From: Anaerolineales bacterium
GTDB lineage: Bacteria; Chloroflexota; Anaerolineae; Anaerolineales; E44-bin32
Reading direction: 5' to 3'
Assembly: GCA_035471625.1 (NCBI GenBank)
Contig: DATIPT010000037.1
Span: 9,559-73,558, forward strand
Length of the DNA: 64,000 bases
Shown: positions 27,259 through 35,548 of the stretch, one piece after another
Numbering within the stretch: position 1 is the first letter of the stretch
Layout of the letters: each line of letters opens with the position of its first letter
Position numbers and translations under genes: made by a program
The notes under the pieces: generated by a model
What the model was told of the DNA's origin: nothing
Seen by the model: the letters and a program-made list of their open reading frames with translations, nothing else
The model's database searches: none

Positions 27259-27744
27259 ATGCCAGTTGACGGCGATCTTCTTCGGGAGCTGATGCGGCAA
27301 TGGGCCACTGGCGTGACGCTCGTCACCGTCCAGGGTGGAGACGGACCCCACGGGATGACCGTCAGCTCCTTCACCTCCCTGTCGCTCGATCCTCCACTCA
27401 TCCTGATCTCTCTAGAGAAGGGCTCTCGCACGCACCAGATGGTGAGTGACACCGGTCGGTTTGCCGTAGTCTTGCTACACGTGGGGCAGCAATCCATCGC
27501 CGAGCGATTCGCCGGGGGAATCCCCGACAGTCGGGCGCGCTTCGACGGGATGCCCTACCGCCTATCGGCCGGCGGATCTCCGATCCTCGACGACGGGCTG
27601 GCCTATCTGGACTGCCGGGTCGCCGAATCCTTTGGGGCTGGAACCCACACAATCTTCATCGGCGAGGTCCTCGGCGGCGAGGTCACTGGCGACGCCGCTC
27701 CGCTGCTCTACTTCAATCGGAGCTACCGGCAGCTCGGCCCATGA
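27259..27744 (+). CDS. Flavin reductase-like FMN-binding protein
   Basis: LMRQWATGVTLVTV...HGMTVSSFTSLSLDPPLILISL is the split-barrel flavin reductase signature. Confidence 0.85.
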   Translation: MPVDGDLLRELMRQWATGVTLVTVQGGDGPHGMTVSSFTSLSLDPPLILISLEKGSRTHQMVSDTGRFAVVLLHVGQQSIAERFAGGIPDSRARFDGMPYRLSAGGSPILDDGLAYLDCRVAESFGAGTHTIFIGEVLGGEVTGDAAPLLYFNRSYRQLGP

Positions 27745-27754
27745 GGCCCGCGCA

Positions 27755-28321
27755 GTGGCCGGCTCCCTGAGTCCCAGCGAACGATCCGCCTTGCTGAGCC
27801 TGGCGCGACGGGCCGTTGGACTGGCCGCCGAGCGACAACCGCTTCCCCCCATCGATCCGGGCGCCTTCTCCGCCTCCCTTCAGGAGGCCGGGTGCTCGTT
27901 CGTCACCCTGACCCGCCAGGGCGCACTCCGCGGCTGCATCGGCGGGCTCGAGCCACTGCTTCCCCTGGTCGAGGACGTCTGGCAACATGCGTACGCCGCA
28001 GCGCGGGAGGACCCGCGCTTCGCGCCGGTCTCACCCGACGAGCTCGGCCAGATCGCGATCGAGATCTCCCGGCTGACCCCGGCCGCCCCCCTCGCTGGCC
28101 CGCTCGACCAGATCCCCTCGGCGCTCCACCCGGGAATCGACGGGGTCATCCTCCAGCAGGGCCGCCAGCGAGCAACTTTCCTTCCCCAAGTCTGGGAGAA
28201 GATCGAAGACCCCGAGGTCTTCCTCGACATGTTGGCGGACAAGGCCGGGTTGCCGCGGAGCGCCTGGCGCACCGGGGATGCCGAAGTCTTGGTGTACCAG
28301 GTGGAGTCCTTCGAGGAGTAG
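27755..28321 (+). CDS. AMMECR1-domain protein (AmmeMemoRadiSam system protein A-like)
   Basis: GCSFVTLTRQGALRGCIGGLEP...REDPRFAPV...ATFLPQVWE. The GTG 27755 start was chosen to avoid overlap with the flavin reductase gene, and the start remains uncertain. Confidence 0.8.
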   Translation: MAGSLSPSERSALLSLARRAVGLAAERQPLPPIDPGAFSASLQEAGCSFVTLTRQGALRGCIGGLEPLLPLVEDVWQHAYAAAREDPRFAPVSPDELGQIAIEISRLTPAAPLAGPLDQIPSALHPGIDGVILQQGRQRATFLPQVWEKIEDPEVFLDMLADKAGLPRSAWRTGDAEVLVYQVESFEE

Positions 28322-28382
28322 GTCGAGGTCGCGGCCGCTCCAGCGGGCTGGCGCCCGCCGGGGGCCGCCGGCCGAGTTTCCG

Positions 28383-28649
28383 CTAGATCTGCTCGAAATG
28401 GGCGACCGGGAGCACGAAGACCGTCACCCGGCTATGATCCTCTGCATCCGACTCGGCGAGCGAGGCCCGCAGGGTATCCAGCGCTTCGTCGACGCGATCA
28501 TCCGCCAGCCCGATCATCAGGGTCGTGTTCCCGCGGCGCAGGAAACCGCCGGTCGTCGCCAATCGGGTAACCCCGATCTTCCGCTCGACGAGCATCGGCA
28601 ACGCCTTCTCGGCATCGTCATCGTGCATCACCGCCAGGATCATCTTCAA
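28383..28649 (-). CDS. DarA/YaaQ-like (DUF970, cyclic-di-AMP receptor family) PII-like protein
   Basis: ILAVMHDDDAEKALPMLVERKIGVTRLATTGGFLRRGNTTLMIGL matches the YaaQ core (..ATKLASTGGFL..GNTT..IG). A TTG 28649 start overlaps the antiporter stop, and ATG 28643 is an alternative. Confidence 0.75.
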   Translation of the reverse strand: MKMILAVMHDDDAEKALPMLVERKIGVTRLATTGGFLRRGNTTLMIGLADDRVDEALDTLRASLAESDAEDHSRVTVFVLPVAHFEQI

Positions 28650-30553
28650 GGGATCAGCTCCTCATAGCGTTCGACATCGAACGCGAAGACCGTCGCTCCA
28701 CCGACCCGCACTTGCGATGACGCCCCATTCGGTCCGAAGGGTGCCGGGCTGAATTCGAAGCGCTCGCGACAAACGCTTCGGAGTGATTCGACTGCGGCCG
28801 ACAGCTTCCCGTCCGGCACACCGAGTAGAAGGACGTGATTCGGGCGGCGCAGGAAGCCCCCCGTGCTCCGCATGTGCGTGGCCGTGATGCCGCGCGCCGC
28901 CAGCGCGCTCGTGGCCGATTCGAGATCTCGGGCCTGGACGACAGCCGCCACCAGATGGCGCACCGGAACGACCTCTCGCCGCTCCCAGATCATGGACGAC
29001 CACATGGCTGCGCCGGCCTCGAGGGCCACGTCGACCTCGGCCACAAGTTCCTCATAGGTCTCATCCGAGATCACGCCATCCCGAACGAGATTGGCCAGAC
29101 TCGAGCGCTGCGCCCGCAGTCCCTCGCGACGTGCCGTCTCGAGTTCTTCGGCCTCCACGTCGGGCGCATCTTCAATGACGTCCTTCACGGCGCCCGTCAG
29201 GGCTTCAATGCGACGCCCAAGGATCCTTCGGATGCGCTCCCAACTGTGAGACGAGACCAGGCCGTCATCATGCAGACCTTCGAGGTGCTTGTAGCTCGCC
29301 CGGACCGCCAGGGCGCGGGCATGCCGGCGCTCATACTCGATCTCATCCTCGGTTCGCTCGATGAGCTTCAGACGCCGAACGAGCCATTCCATCGAAAGAC
29401 CCTGGCCGACGAGCGTGAACAGCACGACACCGAAGGTCATGACCAGCACCACTTGCCGGTCGGCCCCAAAGGTGCCGGGCAGGCTCAACGCCAACGCCAG
29501 GGCGATCGCGCCGCGCAACCCGCCCCAGAACATCACATGGCGCCAGCGTTCAGGGATCGCCCGCCCGAGGCGCGAGAGCCCATAGATCCCGACCGCCCGG
29601 CTGATCAGGACCCCGCCGATGGCCCACAGGATCAGGCCCCAGTTGCCGATCAGGCCCGGGATATCGATCTCGAGTCCGATCATCAGGAAGACGATCGAGT
29701 TCGCCAGGAAGGCGACATACTCCCAGAAGTTGAGGACCACGATCCGGGTCGTCGGCGACATTTCGCGTGACGCCAGGTTGCCGTTCACCAATCCGGCGCC
29801 GACAACGGCCAACACGCCGCTGACGTGTAGTTGCTCGGCGACCAGATAGGTCCCGAACGCCAGCACGGTCGTCAGCGTCGTCTCGACCAGGTAGTCGTCG
29901 ATCGCACCGATTAGCCGGGAGACGACCCACCCCAGCGCCAGCCCGACGATCACACCTCCGCCGGCCACGATGATGAAATCGAATAGGCCGTCGATCAAGC
30001 TCACTTCCCCGGTCAGTAGGGCCACCAGGGCCAGCTGGAAAAGAACGATCGCCGTCCCGTCGTTGAACAGGCTCTCCCCTTCCAGCATGACCTCGAGGCG
30101 CTTGGGGGCGCCGAGCCGGCGGAAGATCGCCACAACCGAGACCGGGTCGGTCGCGGCGATGAGCGCCCCGAACACCAGCGCGCTTCCCAGCGCCAGGCCG
30201 CCGCCGTAGTGGACGACCCCCCCGACGATCAACATCGTCAGGATGACGCCGGGTACCGCCAGGACAAAGATCGTCCACAGATTCTTGCGCAGCTTGTCGA
30301 GGTTGAGATGGAACGCCGCCTCGAAGACCAGCGGAGGAATCAGCAGGAAGAGAATCAGTTCGGACGTCAGGTTCATCCGGATCGGGGATCGGAACGATAG
30401 CGCCACGCCGGCCAGGACGAGCGCCACCGTGTAGGGGATCCGGAAGCGGCGGACCGCCAGGGCGACGACCGAAACGATCAGGAGCAGCTCCAGGATCAGG
30501 GTCTCGGTCTGCAGGAGTTCGGTCATGAGGGTCGGCCAGCGCTCAGCGCGCAA
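28646..30553 (-). CDS. CPA1 (NhaP-type) Na+/H+ antiporter fused to a C-terminal DarA/YaaQ-like domain
   Basis: About 12 TM segments with ATDPV and FNDG motifs, a cytoplasmic helical linker, then ..LVAAVVQARDLESATSALAARGITATHMRSTGGFLRRPNHVLLLGV.. This is paralogous to the adjacent standalone DarA-like protein. The start is TTG 30553 or ATG 30526. Confidence 0.8.
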   Translation of the reverse strand: MRAERWPTLMTELLQTETLILELLLIVSVVALAVRRFRIPYTVALVLAGVALSFRSPIRMNLTSELILFLLIPPLVFEAAFHLNLDKLRKNLWTIFVLAVPGVILTMLIVGGVVHYGGGLALGSALVFGALIAATDPVSVVAIFRRLGAPKRLEVMLEGESLFNDGTAIVLFQLALVALLTGEVSLIDGLFDFIIVAGGGVIVGLALGWVVSRLIGAIDDYLVETTLTTVLAFGTYLVAEQLHVSGVLAVVGAGLVNGNLASREMSPTTRIVVLNFWEYVAFLANSIVFLMIGLEIDIPGLIGNWGLILWAIGGVLISRAVGIYGLSRLGRAIPERWRHVMFWGGLRGAIALALALSLPGTFGADRQVVLVMTFGVVLFTLVGQGLSMEWLVRRLKLIERTEDEIEYERRHARALAVRASYKHLEGLHDDGLVSSHSWERIRRILGRRIEALTGAVKDVIEDAPDVEAEELETARREGLRAQRSSLANLVRDGVISDETYEELVAEVDVALEAGAAMWSSMIWERREVVPVRHLVAAVVQARDLESATSALAARGITATHMRSTGGFLRRPNHVLLLGVPDGKLSAAVESLRSVCRERFEFSPAPFGPNGASSQVRVGGATVFAFDVERYEELIP

Positions 30554-31829
30554 ACCACGGGTAGGCCACCGCCATCGCCAGGCTGGCGATCGCCAGGGTG
30601 ACGATCATCACCGGGAGGCCGCGTCGATTCCAGAGCGGCGACTTGATCGGCTCCTGGGTGCGGCGGGAGGCTTCGACAACGACGACGTTCGCCGTCGATC
30701 CGATGATCGTCCCGTTCCCTCCGAAGCCGGCGCCGAACGCGAGGGCCCACCACAGCGGGTTCACGCTGGCTCCGGCCAGACCCAGTCTCTGGATCACGGG
30801 AATCATGGCCACGGTCACCGGGACGTTGTCCACCAGGGCGGAGAGGATCGCCACAAACCACATCAATCCGATGGCCGCCAGGATCGGCTGCCCTCCCGCC
30901 AACCCGGCTACGGTTTCGCCCACCAGGTCCAGAACGCCGGCCGCCTCGAGGCCCCCGACCATGACGAACAGACCGCCAAAGAAGACCAGGACGGACCACT
31001 CGACGGATTCAAGCGTTTCCGTGATCGACGGCCGGACCCACAGCAGAGCGAGACCGGCTGCGGAAAGGGCGATCAAGGATGAGCTCGCTTGGAGGATGTC
31101 CTGCAGGAAGAAGAGCATCACAGCCAGTCCCAAGACGGCCAAGACCTTGACGGCGGTCCTCCGGTCCCGCAAGGCTTCCTGCGGGTCCAGTCGCTCGAGC
31201 ACGGTCGGATCCTTCGGTCGATTGGCCAGTTCGCGCCGGAAGAGCCAGAGGAGCAGGCCCAACGCCGCCGCCCACGCCACGATCACCACCGGGAGTGCGT
31301 GAGTCAGGAAGTCGTTGAAGGTCAAACCGGCGGCCGAGCCAATCAGTATGTTGGGTGGATCGCCGATCAAGGTCGCCACCCCTCCGGTGTCCGAGAGGAG
31401 GGCGATGGCGATCAAGAACGGGATGGGGGAAATACCGAGGATCTCGCTGATCAAGATCATCAGGGGTGCGACCAACACTACGGTGGTCACGTTGTCGAGG
31501 AACATCGAGACCACCGTCGTCACCAGACCCAGGAAGACCAGCAACAGGACGGGATTGCCCTTGGAGCGCCAGGCCGCCATTGTCGCCACGTACTCGAAGA
31601 ACCCGGTGGGCTTGAGCAAGGCGACCAGCAGCATCATCCCCAAGAGAAGCCCGAGTGTCTCAAAATCGAGGGATTCGATCGCCAGGTCCTCGTTGTAGAA
31701 ACCGAGAACCTTCCCGGCTATGACCATCGCCGCCGCGCCAGCGAAGCCCACGATCGCTCGGTCGAGCCTTTCGCTGAGGATCAGGCCGATGGCGACCACG
31801 AAGACAACCGACGAGACGATCAATGCCAC
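30543..31829 (-). CDS. ArsB/NhaD-superfamily (CitMHS/YbiR-like) ion permease
   Basis: About 11 TM segments with the internal-repeat architecture of ArsB/NhaD permeases. The GTG start overlaps the CBS gene stop (TAGTG). Confidence 0.7.
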   Translation of the reverse strand: MALIVSSVVFVVAIGLILSERLDRAIVGFAGAAAMVIAGKVLGFYNEDLAIESLDFETLGLLLGMMLLVALLKPTGFFEYVATMAAWRSKGNPVLLLVFLGLVTTVVSMFLDNVTTVVLVAPLMILISEILGISPIPFLIAIALLSDTGGVATLIGDPPNILIGSAAGLTFNDFLTHALPVVIVAWAAALGLLLWLFRRELANRPKDPTVLERLDPQEALRDRRTAVKVLAVLGLAVMLFFLQDILQASSSLIALSAAGLALLWVRPSITETLESVEWSVLVFFGGLFVMVGGLEAAGVLDLVGETVAGLAGGQPILAAIGLMWFVAILSALVDNVPVTVAMIPVIQRLGLAGASVNPLWWALAFGAGFGGNGTIIGSTANVVVVEASRRTQEPIKSPLWNRRGLPVMIVTLAIASLAMAVAYPWFAR

Positions 31830-32305
31830 TAGGACGCCCCGCTCTGCGGCTCACTCGCCGACTTCAGGAAGCCCACGCCGACATCGACCCACGAGGCCAG
31901 CCCCACCAGACGCCCTTCCCCGTTGACGACGGGGAGGTCGTGCAAGTTGTGCTGCCGCATGAAGGCGTGGGCCCGTAGCAGGCCGGAGCCGACCTCGACG
32001 GCGAGCGGCTCCGCCATGATGTCTCGCACCGGCGCGGCACGGACTTCCTCCGGGATCTTCCCCATTTCCAACCGGCCAAAGTCCTGGACGAAGTCGTAGT
32101 CCTCGACCATGGCGACAAACGCCGGGAGGACCAGCTCCAGTAGATCGCGCAGGCGGACGATGCCGATCAAGACCCCCTCGGCATTCACGACCGGCAGTAT
32201 CCCGATCCGATTCCCAATGAGCAGATCGATCGCTTCCTGGAGACGACCCTGATGGCCGATCGAGACTACTTCCCGCTTCATGACTGACTCGATGAGCATG
32301 GTCAC
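31829..32305 (-). CDS. Stand-alone CBS-pair protein (DarB/CbpB-like architecture)
   Basis: 158 aa containing two CBS motifs (..VVSIGHQGRLQEAIDLLIGNRIGILPVVN.. and ..PLAVEVGSGLLRAHAFMRQHNLHDLPVVN..). It is the first gene of the transport operon. Confidence 0.75.
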   Translation of the reverse strand: MTMLIESVMKREVVSIGHQGRLQEAIDLLIGNRIGILPVVNAEGVLIGIVRLRDLLELVLPAFVAMVEDYDFVQDFGRLEMGKIPEEVRAAPVRDIMAEPLAVEVGSGLLRAHAFMRQHNLHDLPVVNGEGRLVGLASWVDVGVGFLKSASEPQSGAS

Positions 32306-32389
32306 CTGCCTGTCGGACCCGTGTCGCGCGCCGCGCTCCGGACTATGTATACCCCATTTGCGGATCGAGCTGGCCGGCCTGGGGGAACC

Positions 32390-34807
32390 CTATCCTGTTG
32401 AAACCTTCGACTCGCTCTCATGGCCCGAACCCTCGACCGTCTCCACGAGCATCGGCTCGGCCCCGCGGACACGCGCTGTGACACCCGACGGGAAGGTCAC
32501 CAGGCACGCCGCTGGCTCACGCTCAACTTCCAGACCACGCCAGCGCAAGTTCACCTTTTCTCCAAGATGCGATTCGCCGGCGACCTCCAGGGAGGTTGGA
32601 GACCGCAGGCTCACGCCCAGGACGTCGAGGAATCCGGAGAGCGGCGGGAGGCCAGCGGCGTGGTGGCGCGGGCCCAGGCCTGTGCGCCGCGCCGCATCAT
32701 ACGAGTGCCGAATCGCCTGAGCCTCTCGGAGACCCGCGACGATAGTCGTCATCAGCCGGTCGAGCACATCAGCCGCCTCCCGGCGGTACCCGTAGCGCAC
32801 GAGCGCCTCGATCATCAGCGTATTCAGCATTACCGAGATCACGTCGGACCGGGGGTCCGGCGAGCCGTTCGACCCCGGCTCGTGGAGCGGACTCAGGCGC
32901 AACCCCCCCGGAGCGAGGTAGCGATCGGAACGCATCATCGTCTCCACGATCCGTCTCGCCTGCTCCGGCTCGACCATGCCCGCCCACAACGGCAACAGGA
33001 GGGTGAGATCCTCTTGATCGAGATCGAGTGTCGCGAGGGTCCATGCGGCATCCGGAGGGATCCCGCGTACTTCGACCGTCTCGACTGCGGCGAAGACCAG
33101 ATCGGTCGTAGCCGAGCCCTCGTTCAGGAATCGGCGGAAGCGACGGGCGTTGAGCGTCTCCACCCGGATCCTTCCCGATTCCAGCCGACCGCGGATCCGC
33201 ACCCGCGCTTGTTCGATGTCGCCGGAAGCGGCTTGGATGTGGACCGACAAGCGGCTCGCCTCGCGCAGCCGCCCGCTACCCTTTTCGTTGCCCGGACCCG
33301 TTCCCTGGGCGGCGACCTCGTATGCGCTGGTGCGGTGAGTCTCGCGTTCGATCCGGACAAAGCTCCCTCGCTCTTCGGACCAGGCCCGTGGCAGGAGCGC
33401 ACGCAGTTGACCGCGCCGGCGGACGAGTTCCTGGGCGATCTCGCCTCGACCGAGCCGCCGGGCGATCTCCTCAAGAGAGGCAGCTTCCCGGTACAGGAGC
33501 GCGAGCAGCGCCGGATCCTCGACGACCGTCGTGTCGATCCAGGGGGTCTCGCCGTCCGGGCTCCACCTCAATGGCCACGGGGGATGGGCGGCATGATCCC
33601 ACTCCGGCCATCCATCTCCGTCGCGGTCGTGCGGAGGCGAGAACCACACGCGGAAGAACGGCCACAGGGCGCGGAACCCTTCGGCGAGGAAAGCGTCGTC
33701 CTGCAAAACGTCATGAACCCGAAGCGTCAAGGTCGCAAGGATCGGCGGGCACAGGGTGCGGGCCCGTTGGCCAGCCGGACCCGGACGGGCATCGATCGCG
33801 CCATCGGCCGTCTGGGCGTTCCAGAAACCGCGCAAGACCTCTGCCCCCACATCCGGCGCCGCAGGCAGAAGCTGCCGGACGATGAAGTAGGCTTCCAGCG
33901 CCGAAGGCCCGACCCAGCTCTCGTCATAGTCGCGTCCATCCCCACTGACCGAGTAGCCGCGTTCGGGCGTCCTCTCCAAGACCAGGCTTCGCAGCGGCGT
34001 GAGGATCCCCGGGCCAACAAGGGCATTCAGGGCACTCTGCTGCGCAAAGTGGAAGGCCGAATCCCACTCGGGGTTCCCGCTTTGCACCTCGACCCAGCGC
34101 CCATGCAGCCGCTCCAACCGGGCGACCTCCGAGTCCCATGGCCTTGCGGCGGCTTCCTTCGCCTGGGCAAAGGACTCCTCTCCGCTTCGAAGGGCGGCTT
34201 CGGCCCAAGTGAAGGAGCGGTGGGCTCCCGGGGCCAGATCGGCGCGGACGATCAGGGCCGAGGTTGCCCCCGGATCTTCAATGGCGCCACCCGAAAGGAA
34301 GACCACCGGCTCGAGATCGGCGCTCCTCCCGGCCAGAGTCGTCACCCCGGAGAACGATCGGGGCAACATCCCTTGGCCTCCCGGAAGCGGGCGCAGTTGT
34401 CCGTGCAGCCCAAGACGGACCGGCCGGAAGTGATCCGTCGTGTTGACCAGGGTCAGGCGGCCAGAGAGGGTTTGTGAATCCTGCACCCTGACCTCTGCCA
34501 CGACGTCCAGCCCGGCCAATGGCGAGAAGCTAAGCCTCATGTAGGACGGAAGAATCGCCTCCAGGAGCGGCGGTCTGGCGAAGACCTGCGGGTCGGATGC
34601 GATCGGCCCGCCGATCCCGAAGCTGGGGAAGACTCGCAGACCGACGGCGCGCCGCCCGAAGGCGGTCTCCATCGCCAACGCCGGAGGTTCGCCGCCGCTG
34701 ACAAGTTCCCAGATGTGGTCGTCGGCGTAATCGGTCGGCCCGCGCAGGGCGTCGGCGGCGATGCGCAGGACAACGGGGCCGGCAAGGGGGATCGGCTCCA
34801 AGGACAC
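32390..34807 (-). CDS. Large cytoplasmic protein, possible (alpha/alpha)6-barrel glycoside-hydrolase-like enzyme
   Basis: The central region ..FFRVWFSPPHDRDGDGWPEW.. and the helical repeats resemble GH63/GDE-type barrels. I did not recognise catalytic residues. Confidence 0.3.
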   Translation of the reverse strand: MSLEPIPLAGPVVLRIAADALRGPTDYADDHIWELVSGGEPPALAMETAFGRRAVGLRVFPSFGIGGPIASDPQVFARPPLLEAILPSYMRLSFSPLAGLDVVAEVRVQDSQTLSGRLTLVNTTDHFRPVRLGLHGQLRPLPGGQGMLPRSFSGVTTLAGRSADLEPVVFLSGGAIEDPGATSALIVRADLAPGAHRSFTWAEAALRSGEESFAQAKEAAARPWDSEVARLERLHGRWVEVQSGNPEWDSAFHFAQQSALNALVGPGILTPLRSLVLERTPERGYSVSGDGRDYDESWVGPSALEAYFIVRQLLPAAPDVGAEVLRGFWNAQTADGAIDARPGPAGQRARTLCPPILATLTLRVHDVLQDDAFLAEGFRALWPFFRVWFSPPHDRDGDGWPEWDHAAHPPWPLRWSPDGETPWIDTTVVEDPALLALLYREAASLEEIARRLGRGEIAQELVRRRGQLRALLPRAWSEERGSFVRIERETHRTSAYEVAAQGTGPGNEKGSGRLREASRLSVHIQAASGDIEQARVRIRGRLESGRIRVETLNARRFRRFLNEGSATTDLVFAAVETVEVRGIPPDAAWTLATLDLDQEDLTLLLPLWAGMVEPEQARRIVETMMRSDRYLAPGGLRLSPLHEPGSNGSPDPRSDVISVMLNTLMIEALVRYGYRREAADVLDRLMTTIVAGLREAQAIRHSYDAARRTGLGPRHHAAGLPPLSGFLDVLGVSLRSPTSLEVAGESHLGEKVNLRWRGLEVEREPAACLVTFPSGVTARVRGAEPMLVETVEGSGHESESKVSTG

Positions 34808-34890
34808 GCTGCGATTCTACGGGGACTGGCGCGCCGGGCCAAGCGGCAGCCACTCCCTGCGGGCGGTGCGAAAGAAGGAGGTTTTGCCCG

Positions 34891-34899
34891 TGCTAGAAT
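34891..34899 (+). promoter_or_regulatory. Extended -10 promoter (TGcTAGAAT) for the MaoC gene
   Basis: TGCTAGAAT is followed by the SD GGAGG and ATG 34921. Confidence 0.55.
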
Positions 34900-34920
34900 G
34901 GCCGCCCCGGAGGAACCTGC

Positions 34921-35394
34921 ATGGACGCCATTCCTGTCCTCCCCGTCGGCAAGTATTTCGAGGAGTTCGAGCTCGGTCAGAAGATCCGAACCCCTGCCCG
35001 CACCGTCACGGAGGCCGACGTCGTGGCCTTCGCCGGGCTCTCCGGCGACTTCAATTCAATTCACACCGACGACGTCTACGCCCGATCATCGGCCTTCGGC
35101 CAGCGCGTCGCCCACGGTCTGCTGGGGCTCTCGATCGCCTCTGGCCTGGCCGTCCGCACTGGGATCCTGGAGGGAACGGTCCTCGCCTTCCGCGAGATCT
35201 CCGAGTGGAAGTTCAGTCTTCCGATCTACCTGGGCGACACGATCCACGCGGTCCTCGAGATCGACGACGTGAAGCCGCTGCCGCGCCTCGGGGGCGGCTC
35301 TGTCGGCCTGACATTCGATGTCGTCAACCAGGACGAAAAGACCGTCATGAAAGGGCGGTGGGTCGTCTTGGTTCAGTCGCGCCCGCCGGCCTGA
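34921..35394 (+). CDS. MaoC-family (R)-specific enoyl-CoA hydratase/dehydratase
   Basis: Hot-dog fold signature FAGLSGDFNSIHTD......AFGQRVAHGLL. Confidence 0.85.
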   Translation: MDAIPVLPVGKYFEEFELGQKIRTPARTVTEADVVAFAGLSGDFNSIHTDDVYARSSAFGQRVAHGLLGLSIASGLAVRTGILEGTVLAFREISEWKFSLPIYLGDTIHAVLEIDDVKPLPRLGGGSVGLTFDVVNQDEKTVMKGRWVVLVQSRPPA

Positions 35395-35548
35395 CAGGCG
35401 GCTCCGGCGCACGCGCTTCTTTCTTTCCTCCACCGCCATCGGCTCGCGCCTCCCACCAGGCCCTGTGGCTTCCCCTCGGCGACGCAAGGATGAGTGTCCA
35501 GTGAGCCTTCCCGGCGGGGACTACCCTCGTCCAGGGAGCGGTGATAGC

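Noticed and set aside
32420-34477. 685-aa plus-strand ORF antisense to the 805-aa gene, and similar long antisense ORFs (36212..37444, 40069..41001, 47911..48954)
   Set aside because: All have the same shadow-ORF composition, and all lie opposite genes with recognisable domains or normal composition.
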